NCBI GenBank assembly: GCA_003427395.1
Contig: BFEA01000026.1
Coordinates: 2,246,223-2,310,222, forward strand
Reading direction: 5' to 3'
DNA from: Chara braunii
Taxonomy: Eukaryota; Plantae; Charophyceae
Length of the DNA: 64,000 nt
Below are positions 10,776-24,222 of this stretch, piece after piece. Position 1 is the stretch's first letter. Each line of letters begins with the position of its first letter. A program made the translations under genes and the position numbers. The notes beneath the pieces are model-generated. The model made no database searches. It saw only the letters and a list, made by a program, of their open reading frames with translations, and was not told where the DNA came from.

Positions 10776-12087
10776 TGTCGAGCGCATTGGCCCCCGCCTT
10801 TTCTCGCGAAGAGGCGGGAACCCTCCCCAGTACTGTCGTTATGACCGTCGATGATGCAGTGCCACAGCACCTTCCCAGCATCCCAGCGTCGTTGTCGCCC
10901 CCTGTTGCATCTCACGGTCGCTCCTCGTTGCGCTGCCGTAAATCCTCCTAGTCTAACCAGCCATTGGATGAAGCAGAGTGCTCCAACCAAGCTATGGTTG
11001 TCTCCTCCTTCACGCGTGTGTCGTGAGCCGCGAGATTCAAGATATCGCGGTCACAAATATTCGTGCCTTCTAAGTGAGGAGCTAAACATGCTCCCACATA
11101 GCCTGAAAAGGTTGTTCTTCTGCCTTTTGTTCCTACGAGGTTGTTGCTTCGTTTTCGCTTTGTTTTTTTTTTGTTTTTTTTTTTATGTCGTTGGCATAAG
11201 TCAACGGTCACTGTGTCAATATCACGCCTCGTTGGTGTTTCTCCCCCCCCTCCTTTCCAGGCGCGGATCCATGTTCGATCCCCACGAGGATCGAAAAACA
11301 AATTTTGGACTATTTCTTGATTTATGCGTGTCATCCTTGAGAAGGGGCTGTGCTTGTAGTCTGACGATCTCACGACCAAAAATGACCGCGCTTCAAGGTT
11401 ATACGGTGGGCAACTCCAAAAAGGAGCTAGCCCAGACAGGACATCATCGGGCTCCATCCCAGCATCTGCTGGGTGGAAGTTGAGTGCGATACCTACTGGG
11501 CTAGCTACTACCACAGGAGCTACGCCTGTCACCCTTCTATTTGAAGGGTTGTGGCCCAGTAGGCCGCCTACTTTCTGGGCTAGGTGGGTGCAGTCTGCCT
11601 ATCCCCTCCAAAGGCAGGCCGCCCCGCCACCCAACCGGCTGGCTAGGTCTGGTAAACCCGACAATTCACCCTTTTCGTCGTGGGTTTGCCTTTGGAACCC
11701 TGGCGTCCGCCCTTTTAGAAAAGACACAACCCTCTGGCCGTGTTAGTCCTTCTCACCATCGCCGCATCCCTGGCGCAACTATATTTTTGGTTTTTCTAGT
11801 CCTGAATCGCACGGGTGATTAGGTAGAATAGGTTTGGTTCTAGCATTTTCATGTCTGCATACCTCTTTGGCCTCGACAAAACTGCCGACTACCGCCATTA
11901 TCTTCAGACGACACAAGCGTCCGAACTATAGTTTATAAAAGTATCAGTCTCTTGGTCATAGGCTTAGTCTGAACAAATTTTTGGCAATGTAAGTCTCATC
12001 AAGTCCTGCAATTCAACGAAAGAGACAGACAATGTCCGACGTTTAAAATCCCTGACAAATACCCTTGTCAGGGTATTTGCTCCGACA
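10776..12087 (-). mobile_element. 5' LTR (1312 bp) of gypsy element D
   Basis: Minus strand TGTCGGAGCAAATACCC...TGCGCTCGACA, followed by PBS and gag. Confidence 0.88.
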
Positions 12088-12638
12088 ATGTGCAGCAACT
12101 TTAGTAATACACGGTGGAGGGTACAAAAATCGGTAGCAGTTGCGGTACATGGACTCGATAGTAGCGATCTTGGTCCTTGACAATCTTCAAGCCAGCAGTA
12201 CCGGTCTCATACGTCAAAGGGGTCAGCCAGGCCGATTACCTCGTCCCTTGCAAATGCCCATTCATCCTCGGCCATAGAGTCAACACAGAGCTCTCAGACT
12301 GTCAATCTTTACCTTTTCTGCTGGTTAACCTTCAAACAGTCCTCTCCCACGAAGTTGGCCACGAGGAAAAGTCCTTTCACAGCTACTTGACACGCTGAAG
12401 TCTCGTTCATTGACGGAGTTAACCAACTAAAACACTCCACCAATCAAAGATCCAAGGCCCTGAGTCTAAATATCAGAGAGCATAGTCTCGCCATCACCAA
12501 CATACGTATTCAGAGCCCTTCCTTCTACTTCAGCACTCGCTCGGCGCCCAGACTACGGTTGACGCAGCCATTACTAGCAACTTAGCAAGTACATAGGGAC
12601 ACCAACCTTTCTAGACAACCGCCAGGATCAGGTACGTC

Positions 12639-12639
<1 letters not shown>

Positions 12640-12704
<65 letters not shown>
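12640..12704. repeat. (CT)n microsatellite
   Basis: Direct. Confidence 0.95.
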
Positions 12705-12709
<5 letters not shown>

Positions 12710-13600
12710 GTTGAACAAACCAGGTTTGCATGTAGCGTCCAAATGAGCTCAACCGCCACAGTGTTAATGTTCGCCCTCCAATTGCGATGAGCAAGGGGCC
12801 CACGTCATCGGAACCGCTCGGTTCCCCTTGGAGGCGACTGTCGGACTAGAGTTTTTCGACCTTTTCATAAGTGACCAAAAGCACGCAGACGCTCGTAAGA
12901 GAAAGAGAGAGAGCGATGTTCGTTTCCCTGTCTACTGGATATACAGAATCGGAAGGAATATACCACTTAAAACCCGACCAGGTGTAACTCTTAAAGAAAG
13001 GGCAACGTGCTGACCAACAGGTAAGTCTCCAACCCACCAGCTCGCCTTACGCTCCTTTGCTCAACATGATGAGCCAGATCTGAATGAAGTTAATGTCGGA
13101 GCATGGAAACATACATTGCCTCTCCAAACTCGCCACTCCTACGCGCAGACCCTACACCTTGCAGCCAGCTACCTACTAACATATTGACTAAGCTAACACC
13201 GCCATTGGGTTCTCACCGCCTCGAAACCCCCACCCAAAACTTCCTTCCGCACAGCCCTATCCTAATTCAAGGGTAAATACTAACTCTCCGCCTCTGCCAT
13301 ATCCTCTCTCGTACAACCTTTTCCTTCACTAATTTCCTATCTACCAACTCTCTAAAAAAACTGACCTCAAATTCGAGGTCGCCCTAGCCCAAAAACTCGG
13401 ATTCGGCTTTCAGCTTGTCGAAATCCGCTATGAGCTTGGCATGTCACAACTTTCTTTCCCTACCCACGCTCGCCTTCATCGTTCTCGCAGTTTGTTCCAC
13501 ACCTTCTTTACTATCGTCCGCACCTTTCCCAATCTTCAACGCACAATCCACTACTCAATAGTGCGACTCAGAAGTTTTGACCGTCGTGCCAAATGTTTTG

Positions 13601-13844
13601 AGGAAAGTCGATAACTAAAGCGGCTCGATCATCCTTCTCATGCCCATACCAAGCCTTGACAGACGGTTTGTGCACCGGTGTGGCCACGACCTTCAACGAT
13701 GTTTTTTTTCGGCCTTGCTACACCCAGGTGCCAATTTTTTTTAGGAGAGTCGATAACTAAAGCGGCTCAATCATCCTTCTCATGCCCATACCAAGCCTCG
13801 ACAGACGGTCTGTGCACCGGTGTGGCCACGACCTTCAACGATGT
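13601..13844. repeat. Tandem duplication (~100 bp conserved, ~141-bp period) within unit E
   Basis: gtcgataactaaagcggctc...ccttcaacgatgtt occurs twice. Confidence 0.85.
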
Positions 13845-14082
13845 TCCTTTTTGGCAGTGGCCGTGTTAGCTTCCTCCACATCGGACGTCCTGAAGGACAA
13901 CCGAGTCATACTTTTGTATTGTTGCAGTCCCTACCAAATTTTTCCACTGGTTGGTCTGCCTTGGCAGAGCCCTCCTCTTTCTTAGACCCTCAACAGGCTG
14001 TTCGCACACAGATAATGGTCGCGGGGTCAGGGCGTCGGCTTATTGCAAGTTTGCAGTATAATCCCAGATGAAACGGGCCTTG

Positions 14083-14378
14083 ATGCAAACCTTGGTAGTA
14101 GCAGCAATGTTCAAACAAGAGTTTTGAAGACCGAAGTCAAAAGGGGTCCTACATTCGCAGCTCCGGGCAGTGTACCGCTGTGGACTCCATTGTGCCCCGG
14201 GCCGTTCCACCAAGGTACAACCCACTGTTGTCGAGCCCTGGTGGGCATGCTCACACTCAAACCTCTCACAGCAGCTTGCGGTTGGCGAACGTTATTCTGC
14301 GAAGGTGTACCTTTGTGGGCTGAATTGCCCACCGGCCCTCATGCACGTTAACTTCCTCGGTCCGTGTTTCAAGACGAG
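14083..14378 (-). pseudogene. LSU rRNA-derived bipartite cassette in LTR E
   Basis: Plus strand: atgcaaaccttggtagtagcagcaatgttcaaac (~GCAGATCTTGGTGGTAGTAGCAAATATTCAAA), then antisense ...ctcggtccgtgtttcaagacg (~LR3 primer site). Confidence 0.8.
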
Positions 14379-16291
14379 CTGGATGGAGAAGTTTCGTCAT
14401 CATCGCTACCGCACAACGACTCAGACAAATTGGTCTTGCTTCCGTCCTAAAAATCTTAGCTTAACGAAAGTAATAATAATTAAATAAAAGTAAAACAATC
14501 ATTTCAAAATTAAAACGAAATCGCACGACGAGGGGAAGAGAAAAATGGGGCTCACTAATATCGTTTTGGTCCCATTGCGCAGCCCTGTGAATCGCAAAAT
14601 CATGGGGATAGCCTCGTCGGGTCCTCAACCCGTTGGTTTCCGTTTCGTCGCTTCAATATTCCTGTGCCGACACCCGCTGGTCTCAATCGCTAAATCTCCC
14701 TTATGAACTTGAAAATCCAACACTGTAACCAACAATGCGAGGCCCAAGGCTGAACCTAGTACTAGTGGACACCAATTTAAGTCGGCACTGCACCGTGTGC
14801 GAGGCCACTGAAACATTTCAAGGCTACACCTCGGCCTATCACTGTATCCACGACCGTCAAACCCTGTTCTTACCGTGCGTTCACCCCCTCACATATCCTG
14901 ACTATCACCTAGTGTCATGTTGTCGCCAATACCGTCCTCTGTACGAGCACACATGTCACGGTCAAGCGTACCAATCAAAGAAAAATATTATTTTAATCCT
15001 TTGTTTAATCAAAGAAAAATATTAGTTTAATCAAAGAATAAAACTTGGTCGGCGACCACTCCGACTTCACAATCATCAAATAAGAAGAGAGTCATGCGCG
15101 CCTTAACTCTGGGCACCCACACACTCTCTACTCTACTTAACCATTCAGCCAGCGTAATTAGCACACAGTCGCGACCCGCACGGTGTGCTCAAACCTTAAA
15201 TCAAATTTATTTTCTGTCACTTACAAAAACCAAGGCGAATACCCTTGTATAGGTATTCGCGCCGACAACGAGGTCCTCAACAACGATTACAAGGAGTTGC
15301 ACAATCAGTGTTCACCACTTATCCAGAATGGGAATGGGTCTTCGGGTAGACTCTAGGAAGATACGCTTGTCTGATGAAGAGGTTGCCTCTTGCTTGATGG
15401 CCCGTCATAGTAGTAGCAGACACTGGTAAGTTCGATAACACATTGGTGGACATAGCAAACACCATTTCATTGAGGATGAAGGCGGCTATTACCAAATAAG
15501 AGCAAGGACAACCATCGTGAGGACATACCCCACCAACATATCAGGAAGGCAATTGCAACGAGTGCCTCAGCTGCTACGAGGTTGGTTGTTATTGAGTTGG
15601 TAATAAGTGCATGCGGCAAGGCAACGGGGCATTTGTAAACACAGAGTCTGCCTTACTACTCAACAAAATCTTCTGTTAGAATATCGGAAGATACATCTGC
15701 TGACCAAGCTGCCTGTTGCTGCTCCCTCTACTCGACTCACCTAGTATGCTAGGAGAACGAATCTGCCTCTAGAACATCGACAAATTCATTGCGATATGAA
15801 GAAAGCTACCATGATCAGCACGGAGTCGGGATTGCGATAGCGAACATGAGTAATAAAGTGGTCCCGATCTGCAAGACATTCACCAGGGCGGCCCGAACGA
15901 TGATCCACATGGTGAGCACGGTAACTAGGACGGGGATGAGCCTGTCGAGTAGTTTGATCGTGAAAACGACGCAAAGCAGGGCATGACGGTTAGGACGCAC
16001 ACGATGTTGACGATGTCGAGTCTGACAGTGAACACGGCTGCGAGCAGCACATTCATGCAGATCCTGAAGACGGACAACATGACCATGAAGATCGTGATGA
16101 CGACCTCACTGTCCAACACTTGAGCGAAATGAGAATGAATCTCTCTGTAGGACCCGAGTAGATACATTGCCCTCAAAGTAGATATAAAAATAAAAACATG
16201 AAAAATAAAAATAAATCTTCCCCTTGGTCGTGGGTAGATTCAATGCTACAAGCGAACTTCCCCTTTTGTGGTTCGCCCGTCTCCTTGTGCA

Positions 16292-16296
<5 letters not shown>

Positions 16297-16372
<76 letters not shown>

Positions 16373-16440
16373 NNNNNNNNNNNNNNNNNNNNNNNNNNNN
16401 NNNNNNNNNNNNNNNNNNNNNNNNNNNNNNNNNNNNNNNN

Positions 16441-16521
<81 letters not shown>

Positions 16522-16555
16522 ATGTGTGTGTGTGTGTGTATGTGTGTGTGTGTCC
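16297..16555. repeat. (CT)n-(GT)n compound microsatellite spanning an N gap
   Basis: Direct. Confidence 0.95.
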
Positions 16556-18177
16556 GTGTGTGCCACATCATGATGCCTCGCAAGTTCGCACCATACCAAA
16601 TGCGTAAAATGAGAAGGATCTTCCGCCAGAACATGGGAAACATGTGCTCGACGTCACGCTGCTCCGCCCGCTACTGCCTACTCAAAAGTAGCAATGAATC
16701 TTCCCTTAGAACTTGGGAAGATTCATGTGGTCGATCCCCATGCTGTAGCAATGACCTGTGCTGACACAGAGACCACGATGAGCGCAGGGACGAGGATCAT
16801 AACGAGTGTAGGGATGGGAAACACGATGAGCGCCAATGGCACAACTCTACCCCAGCGCCAACCAAATTTGCAAAATGAGAATGAATCTTCAACTATAACA
16901 TAGAAAGATATATTCCTAATTATATTCTTGATTTTGTCTTTCTCCCACTCATCTTTGCTAGTACACCGCACAAACTTTTCTCCTTCGCAGTTGTTTTTCT
17001 TATCCTCGTGTTCCACACAAACGGACTCATTTGAACCTGACACTACTCCTCGGTCAAGTTCTTATCGTTTTGGCATGCCCAACAATGATGCAGCGCGCCA
17101 TTCAAGAAGCACGATTTTTGGCAAAGAAGGTGCTTGCAGCTGTGAAGGCAAGATCAACCACGGAGGAGGTGATGACCACGACAAACAGCGACTAGCGAAA
17201 TTACCACCCTGACCATGCGAGAGGGATTACCACGTCACGAAGGCGATGACCATCGCGATGAAGAAGACTGTGACGACGGACACCACGAGTATGAGCGCTA
17301 CGATGCCACATACTCCGAACGAGCACCAGGGTGACGAGCACTTGCAAGGAGAATAAGGAGGAGAATGAATCTTCCACTAAGACAGGAAAGAGTCACTTCC
17401 ATATTGCCACCACCAACCCTTCTTCACCCCACGCTCTCGATGCCAGTCTGCAAGGGGAGCACCAACTAATCTACAGTAGGCAAGTCTTCCACTCCACTCC
17501 CTTCCTCGTGTAGGCCGTTGCCCGTTCACCCAAGGCCAAAAACAACGAAAAGACACCAGAAAATCGCGCAACACTCGTCACTCTTTCCGTTGAAACCACT
17601 ACTTGGACCAAAAAATTGATGCTGAGATCAGTTTCGCCATGGCCCGAAACCCTCATTTCGACTCTTCCTACGCCCGAATTAGTCAAGAGTAAGAAATGTT
17701 TTTTTCACCCCATTCTCTTCTTCCTCATTATTCCATCTCCTCTTCGTCGTTGCCTTCATCTTCTTCTTCTTTTTCTTCATGAAGCTAGCACAACGCACCC
17801 CGACTACTTCTTAGCGTTCTTAGAGGCCCAACAGTGTCACAACCTTACAACAACAACACGGAAAGCCCGCTTTCCCTGAGTGGCCGGCTTGAAATAGGCA
17901 TCCTTCCTAAATGCACCCGGCCAACTTTCACGCACAGGTTCATTCCAGGATTGCCCGAGGTAATACCGAGCAGTGGGGTCATACCAATCTTACCTATTTC
18001 GTTCCAACCTTCAACGGATGTCCCAAAGGGCTAAGTAGTGGGCAGTGTCCCCAAACTTCCCACGCAGAACTGGCCCTAAGCAACTCATAATTATCTTATT
18101 CTCTTCACTTGAAGGTATTCGGATTCCAACTTGTCTGTTTTCAACAATTCATGGGGATATCAATTGAGTTAGGTCAG

Positions 18178-19148
18178 ACGGAAAAAAGGTTGGAGGCATT
18201 TGGAGAGCTTGGAACAGCAACAGCAAGCGGACTGGCTAGAATGGTTGAAGCTAAGGGGTATAATAGGCTACGATAGAATGATAAAATTGACGTATTGATC
18301 ACTAATACTTAGACAAGTTAAACAAGTGGTGAGGGAATTGGTCCACCCTTTTGAGCATTATAGATCAGTGACCAAGGATCCTTAGGATTTGAGCGCTTAT
18401 GCATTAGACTATTTTCGAGATATTGTGTCCTCAAAACGCCTTTTTGATTAGTTTCATTCGGATCTGACTGAACTCTCTACGTTTGGGGACCGTTCAAGAG
18501 TCGGTATTGACATATCAACGAGAGAGAAACTGGAAGCCTCATTCTAAAAAAGAGAACTGCACTCTGCGGTCAAAAGGATAGCCCTGGGCAAATGCCCGGG
18601 CGTTGACGGCCTCCCGGTGGAGCTGTTCTTGAGTGCATGGGGGGCCTTTGCCCCATTTCTTTGCCAAATTTACAATACGACTCTCCAGTCTGGATCCCTT
18701 TCCCCTAATTTCACCAAGGGTTTCATTGCATTGTTGTATAAAAAAGGTGATAAACGGGAGGTCCGCAACTACCGCCCCATTTCAGTACTGATCGTGGTTT
18801 CTAAAGTATTGGCCAAAGCCCTTGCTCTCCGCCTCGCTGACGAGCTCCCTCGTTTAGTGGGATGAGAAACAAGTGGCTTTTGTTAAAGGCCGGTCAATAT
18901 TTGAAAACATCCTAACCACAGACCAGACACTAGAAATAATCAGTTCAGAAAAGCGTGAAATGACTATCCTTCTCTTGGACATGGAGAAGGCCTATGACAA
19001 GGTGGGATGGACCTTTGTTTTCACCACCTTGGCAAAGATGGGATTTGGGGCACGATTCTCCAACCTGTTCCCCGCCATGTACACAAATGCAGTTTCCACA
19101 GTCATGGTTAACGGTCACCTATCCTAAGGTTTCCACCTCACTCGGTCC
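18178..19148 (+). mobile_element. 5'-truncated LINE copy 1, left part (RT N-terminal half, decayed)
   Basis: GKCPGVDG, LYKKGDKREVRNYRPIS, LLLDMEKAYDKVGW; colinear with the LINE at 53770-55059; possible TSD AGGTC(A/G)G at 18171 and 35292. Confidence 0.9.
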
Positions 19149-19149
19149 T

Positions 19150-19468
19150 ATGTTAAAACGCGGACCGAGGGGTTCAACGTGAATATGAGCCGGAGGATGA
19201 TTAGCCCACGGGGAGGAGAGGAACTCGGGTGGCAGGGGTCGTTGTGGGCGTGCCGTCTGCCGGCCGCAAGCTACTGTGAAAAAGTTAGATTGTGAAGTAT
19301 GTCCGTTAGGATCTGGAGAATGGCGAGTTATGCCTAGGCGGAACAGCTCAGGGCACAACAGCAGGAGCCGCAGGCGGGGCGTCGCGGCCAGTTCTGTGGA
19401 ACCCTCCCTCCACCTCGTTTTTTCAAAGTCCTCATTGAATATTTGCTACTGCCACCAAGATCTGCACA
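19150..19468 (+). pseudogene. LSU rRNA-derived bipartite cassette in LTR B
   Basis: Sense ttaaaacgcggaccgagg...gaatggcgagttatgcct, then antisense ttcaaagtcctcattgaatatttgctactgccaccaagatctgcac. Confidence 0.82.
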
Positions 19469-21956
19469 TGTGCCCACCTCGTCGGCCCATGTTGCAGGCT
19501 TAGCAGCAGGCCCTGCACCCTCCTACTAGTCGAGGTGCTGAAGCTGCCTCGACGATCGTCGCACGCTCTAGCGTCAACCATTTGTCGAGGCTGAGTAGAT
19601 CGACAGGCGAGTTGCACTATGCTCCTTAGTGAATTTTGGTCCGATTACCACTGACCGGTCGGCTGTGTTAATTGCAACGCTGCAGTGTCTTGGATTAGTG
19701 CACAATTTAAGGCCGATCGCAGTCGGAGGCACTACGGTGGAGGCTGCAGCCGCACAACTTGAAGTTGTGGGTAGCTCGTCGGAGTCGCATATAGAGGCAA
19801 AAGCGAGTTAAGGTAGTAAGGTGCCAGAGAGAGGGGAGTGAGGTCGGCAAGAAAGGGATGAACCTGGAACGAATTCGCCCTGGGTGCATTCATAGAGTGG
19901 AATGGCGGAGCAGAGCGAGAGATGGGTATGGCAGAAGGAGAGAATGGCTGACTTATTCCTTTCTCAATGGTTTTAGGCGGGACAAAGTGCGGCTCTTAGG
20001 TTTTCGGACCGGGCGAGTTGAATGGTGATGTTAGTTTTTGTAGTAAATTAGTAGAAAATAAGTTAGGAAGAAAAGTTAGTGTGCTGAGATATGGTGGAGA
20101 AGAGGAAGGAGTAGGATGAAAAACACTTACCTCGCTCAATACCCGACAAAATCGAGTGTGAGAAGATGCTAGATTAACATTTTGAAGGTGGGCGAACACA
20201 AAGGTGGTGTCAGTTTTGAGAACGGATGGGTGGAGTATGAGTTAGAAAAAAAACGGGGTGGGCGAAGATAGGGGAGGCAAAGTTATGGCAGAAGGCGAAA
20301 ATTTTGTATTTCGTTCGTTTCTTTATAAAATCGAATGAACTGTGATTTGATTCCGGGATTCTAAAACCTCGTAAATCGATTTGTAAAGTCGGGTTGATGA
20401 GGCAGGGAGCGAAAATCGCTGCATGAGGAGTAGGAGTTGCACCCCCATTACCAAAAAAAAAAAAAAAAGTATTTGGCCGCGTTCTGGCAAGAGATTCACT
20501 ACGAGTTTTGGCACGTCTTATCGTCAAGATCGGGCTAGTCGATGCTTCTGATTGTGATTGTGTTAATCTGATCGGCACACTGAGCTATCATGCCCTGCGA
20601 TTATGGCAATTACAATAATACAAGGCAATACATTCTTGAAGGGGCGCTCGGCGATGAAATCGCCCAGACTCGCTCATTGAAGCTGCGCAAACGGTCACTC
20701 GATTACCACAGGGAGGAAGAGTGGGCACGGCGGCGAGCTATCGTCATCTTCAATAGACCACGGTTGTGGTTCAGTGTGTCAAGGAAGGCAATCTTTTTTT
20801 ATCTCTCTGCGCCGACGACTTCGAAACAGCAGCAGACTCTTCTGTGTTCCAGCTGAAGGCTCGGACTGATTTTGTTTATCCTAGTAGCCGACCAAAGTAG
20901 TGAAGAGCAGGAAACAAGGCTGCATACCTATCCTACTGGCCGACGCACTGTCCACTGCAGGAAGGAGGGGCTGGAGACGGGCTGCAGGAAGGAGGGGCTG
21001 TAGACGGGCTGCAGGACTGCAGACTTACCTGCGGGGTGTGCGCTGGTTATGCTGTTTGGAATGATGGAGTAAGGAGTGGGGAGCAAGCTGGAGAGACTAT
21101 GAGTCCTGTCTGCTAAACTGAGGGTTGCCCATCTTATCAGTCAAGGCAGCCGGAGGTTAATTGCAAAGTAAAGGGCTAACCTGTTGACGGGCATGTTGCG
21201 TTGACGTGGCCAGCCAGACTGCATTGTTTTATTACTGTGGAAGGGGGGGGAACTGTGTTGTGAATACACATTTTGCGTCCTAAGTTGTGGTTAGATATAG
21301 TTCGAGTCGCAAAGCACGGTGGAATGACTGCGATTGTTAAAGAGGAAGTATTGCTGTGATTTGGAGAGTTGTCAGGGAGTCTATAGCTGGTGGTTAACTT
21401 CAGTGTGACCAAGCCATTATGTATTCTGGCTGTCATTGCGGGGCAATAAGGCGCATGAAGGTTTCAAGGCCCTCTCTTGGAAATTGAGTTAGTCCCCCTC
21501 TTGTTTCTCGGGAGTCTGAAACCCCTCATCTTTTGCTCTTCTTAATCTAAGTCTAATCGTGGTTACGAGAGGAAGGCGACAGGCAGGATTGCAACCCGTA
21601 CGACCGCAGCAACACTCTGTGGGGAGTAAGCCCACCGATTGTGGGAGCTCTGCCGGAACTCGGGAGGAGTTCTGGAGGCAGAGAACTGAGAGGTAACCAT
21701 TATTTTCCCTCTATAAACCCAGTTATAACCCCTGCTTGCATTCCTTGCTATGATTGACTGAGTATATTGCATGCATCCCTACTTTGACTTTCAGTTTGAT
21801 TTTCAGGACACAAACCAGACTTAATAAAGGAATGTTTATGTAAAGTTAGTTAGTTTTTGTTGTATTGACTGAAAGCAGATTATGAAAAGAGATTGCATAT
21901 GGGGGAAAGGTGGGAGGAAGGTTGTATTGCTTGTGTCTGACTGGGTCAACCAAAGG

Positions 21957-22680
21957 TTGGGAGAGTTTCCATAAGATTTGAGGGTTAAGTGATATGTTTA
22001 TTTCCGATTGCCTGAAGGACCAGACATGTTCCCATAAGATTGGGTGGTCTGGTTGCTTTGACTTGAGAGGGTTGCTTGTGTTTGTCTTTCAGGGACCAAG
22101 CATTTTCCCATAAGATTGGATTACTTGGTTGCCTTGGTTTTCTTTCGTTTTTTTTTTAATGTTTTGTTAGCTTCTAAAAGAGAGTTGGGTATGTTCCATA
22201 AGATTGGATGAGTGTCACTCTCTTTTGTTTTATTCTGAGGGGTAATTCAAACAAATGACTTGATGGGTTCTTATAAGATTAGGTGGTCTTGTGTAGAGCC
22301 ACACACATACTAGAACCAAAAAGATAAACTTTTTTATATTTTTATATTACTTTATGTATGAACAGGGTAATCAGACATTTTTCCATAAGATTAGATGGTC
22401 TGACTATAACTTATCATCAACTGAAGAGAGTATAAATTAAGAATAAACTTGTGGCAAGAAATGACAGATTGAACCTTGATCTAAGATGATCGGTTCAATC
22501 ATATGTTAACTTAAAAGACTAAGTGCAATTATATATAACTTGGATACTTAAACCGTTCAGGGCGACTAGGTTGGACAACCTAGTCATATACCCAAGGAAA
22601 AGAAAAGTTGTTGTGCCCTGTGTTCGTGTATATTCAATGGTTGAGCTATGCAGGTTTCCATAAGATTGGATGGTCTAGCT
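21957..22680 (+). repeat. Array of 7 hairpins with core CCATAAGATTGG (LTR B)
   Basis: Positions match the array in LTR A; all loops carry TAAGAT instead of TAAGTT. Confidence 0.8.
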
Positions 22681-24174
22681 TTATGCCTTATGTAAGTTGG
22701 GTATAAGGGATAAATCATTGAAAGACTACGAACTATTGTCTGACAAGGTTAACTTTGGGGTGAAGAGTATTTACCATTAAGGTTTGGCTTTGCATATGGC
22801 TGTGTGAGATCACTACTTATTCTGAGTTTTAGTTTGATAGGTAGTTGTTTTAGATGCTCGCCACGTGCTAAAGCTACATGAGTTAGTCTTAATTCCTGCA
22901 TTTTCTGAGCTAAGTTTATTTTACTTAGGTCAATTTCTGCATTTTTTGGGATCTTCTGTTATACTTGGTCTTGTATAAATTTTGGTAAGACATTTTCTCT
23001 TCAGGAAGCACTGCTGAAATTTCAACAAAACTAAGGAGTTAGTCAGGTTTTTACTTTTCAAAGTTCAACTTGTTTAAATTTTATATGGCTTAGTAAAAAT
23101 CAGGAAAGTCTCATTTTCTAAAGGGAATGCTGCCCAACTTTTTGCTAATTGAAGGAGTTAAACAAAAGTGGTATTTGGGAAGTTAAAAGATTTCTAGATT
23201 TTTAGACTTAGCTTTGTATAAATTTTGGAAAGTTACTTTGTCTACGGGAATCGCTGCCAAAATGTTTACAAATCTAAGGAATAAGTTAAATTTTGTCTTG
23301 GCAGAACTCAAGTCTTACTTTGTGTTCTTATCCGATTTAGTATAAATCTATGAAATTTACTTTTCTAAAGGAGATGCTGCCCAAATTTTTATTAATTTAG
23401 GGAGTTAGACAAAATTTGACTTTTCAAAGTTCGATATTGTTTCAGTTTTCATATTTGAGCTAGTATAAATTCTAAAAAGGCACTTTCCCTACGGGAAGCG
23501 CCGCCGATTTTTTTTAATTAAGAGGAGATAGATTATATTTTGACAGGTGGCGGTACTGACAATCCCCTCTGTATGGGGGAGATTCTGCCAAAGGTCTACC
23601 TCTTCTTTGGACACTAACTTAGGGGTAGACTTAGACTTAGTTGGCAGATAGTTTTTAGTAAGAATGTGCTATGGAGATTTATTATCCATACACCAATGAT
23701 TTAGCTTGGGCGTTGACCTGTTTTATGACACAGACCCTCTTTGGACGTTTGATTCAGGATTTGGGCTAGATTCAGCTTGATTCCACGAGGATCATCTTCT
23801 GTTATCTTGATGGTTTTTATTGTTTTATTAAGGTCTTTTTACCCAACCTAAAAGGCTTTAGCCCTGGTGGTTTTTATTGTTTAATTAAGGTTTTCACCCG
23901 GACTTTGATTGAATGGTCATTTAACAAAGGTACTGAGTATTTATTTTTGAAAGGTTTAACAAAGGCTGCGGCTTGAATGACTAAAGTGAGGGGTATGAGT
24001 ATAGAGAAGGGTTGAAGTTGACTCCATGTAGTGTGTGAACTTTTGGTTGATTTTTTTATGTGATTGCAGGTATGTTTGTGGTTCGGACTTTGGATTTGAC
24101 TGTCTGCGATTACATACATACATAAGGCGGAGAGCAACCCCACTGAGAAGTGATCATCGTATTTTAAATAGCTG

Positions 24175-24177
<3 letters not shown>

Positions 24178-24218
<41 letters not shown>
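24178..24218. repeat. (TA)n microsatellite
   Basis: Direct. Confidence 0.95.

Positions 24219-24222
<4 letters not shown>

Larger units (their letters stand above)
12088..15267 (-). mobile_element. 5' part of giant LTR unit E, interrupted by element D
   Basis: Minus-strand start TGTCGGCGCGAATACC; first several hundred bp align with LTR A from 782; carries the rRNA cassette. Confidence 0.75.

Noticed and set aside
15365-15400. Hammerhead ribozyme core (CTGATGA + stem)
   Set aside because: No GAAA after the stem and no closing helices
16173-16764. RE/SL-repeat ORFs
   Set aside because: Translations of the CT/GT microsatellite and N gap
15790-17400. Asp/His-rich coding-like blocks, each ending near gagaatgaatct
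   Set aside because: Many stops and no recognisable family; probably decayed element interior, not supportable as a gene
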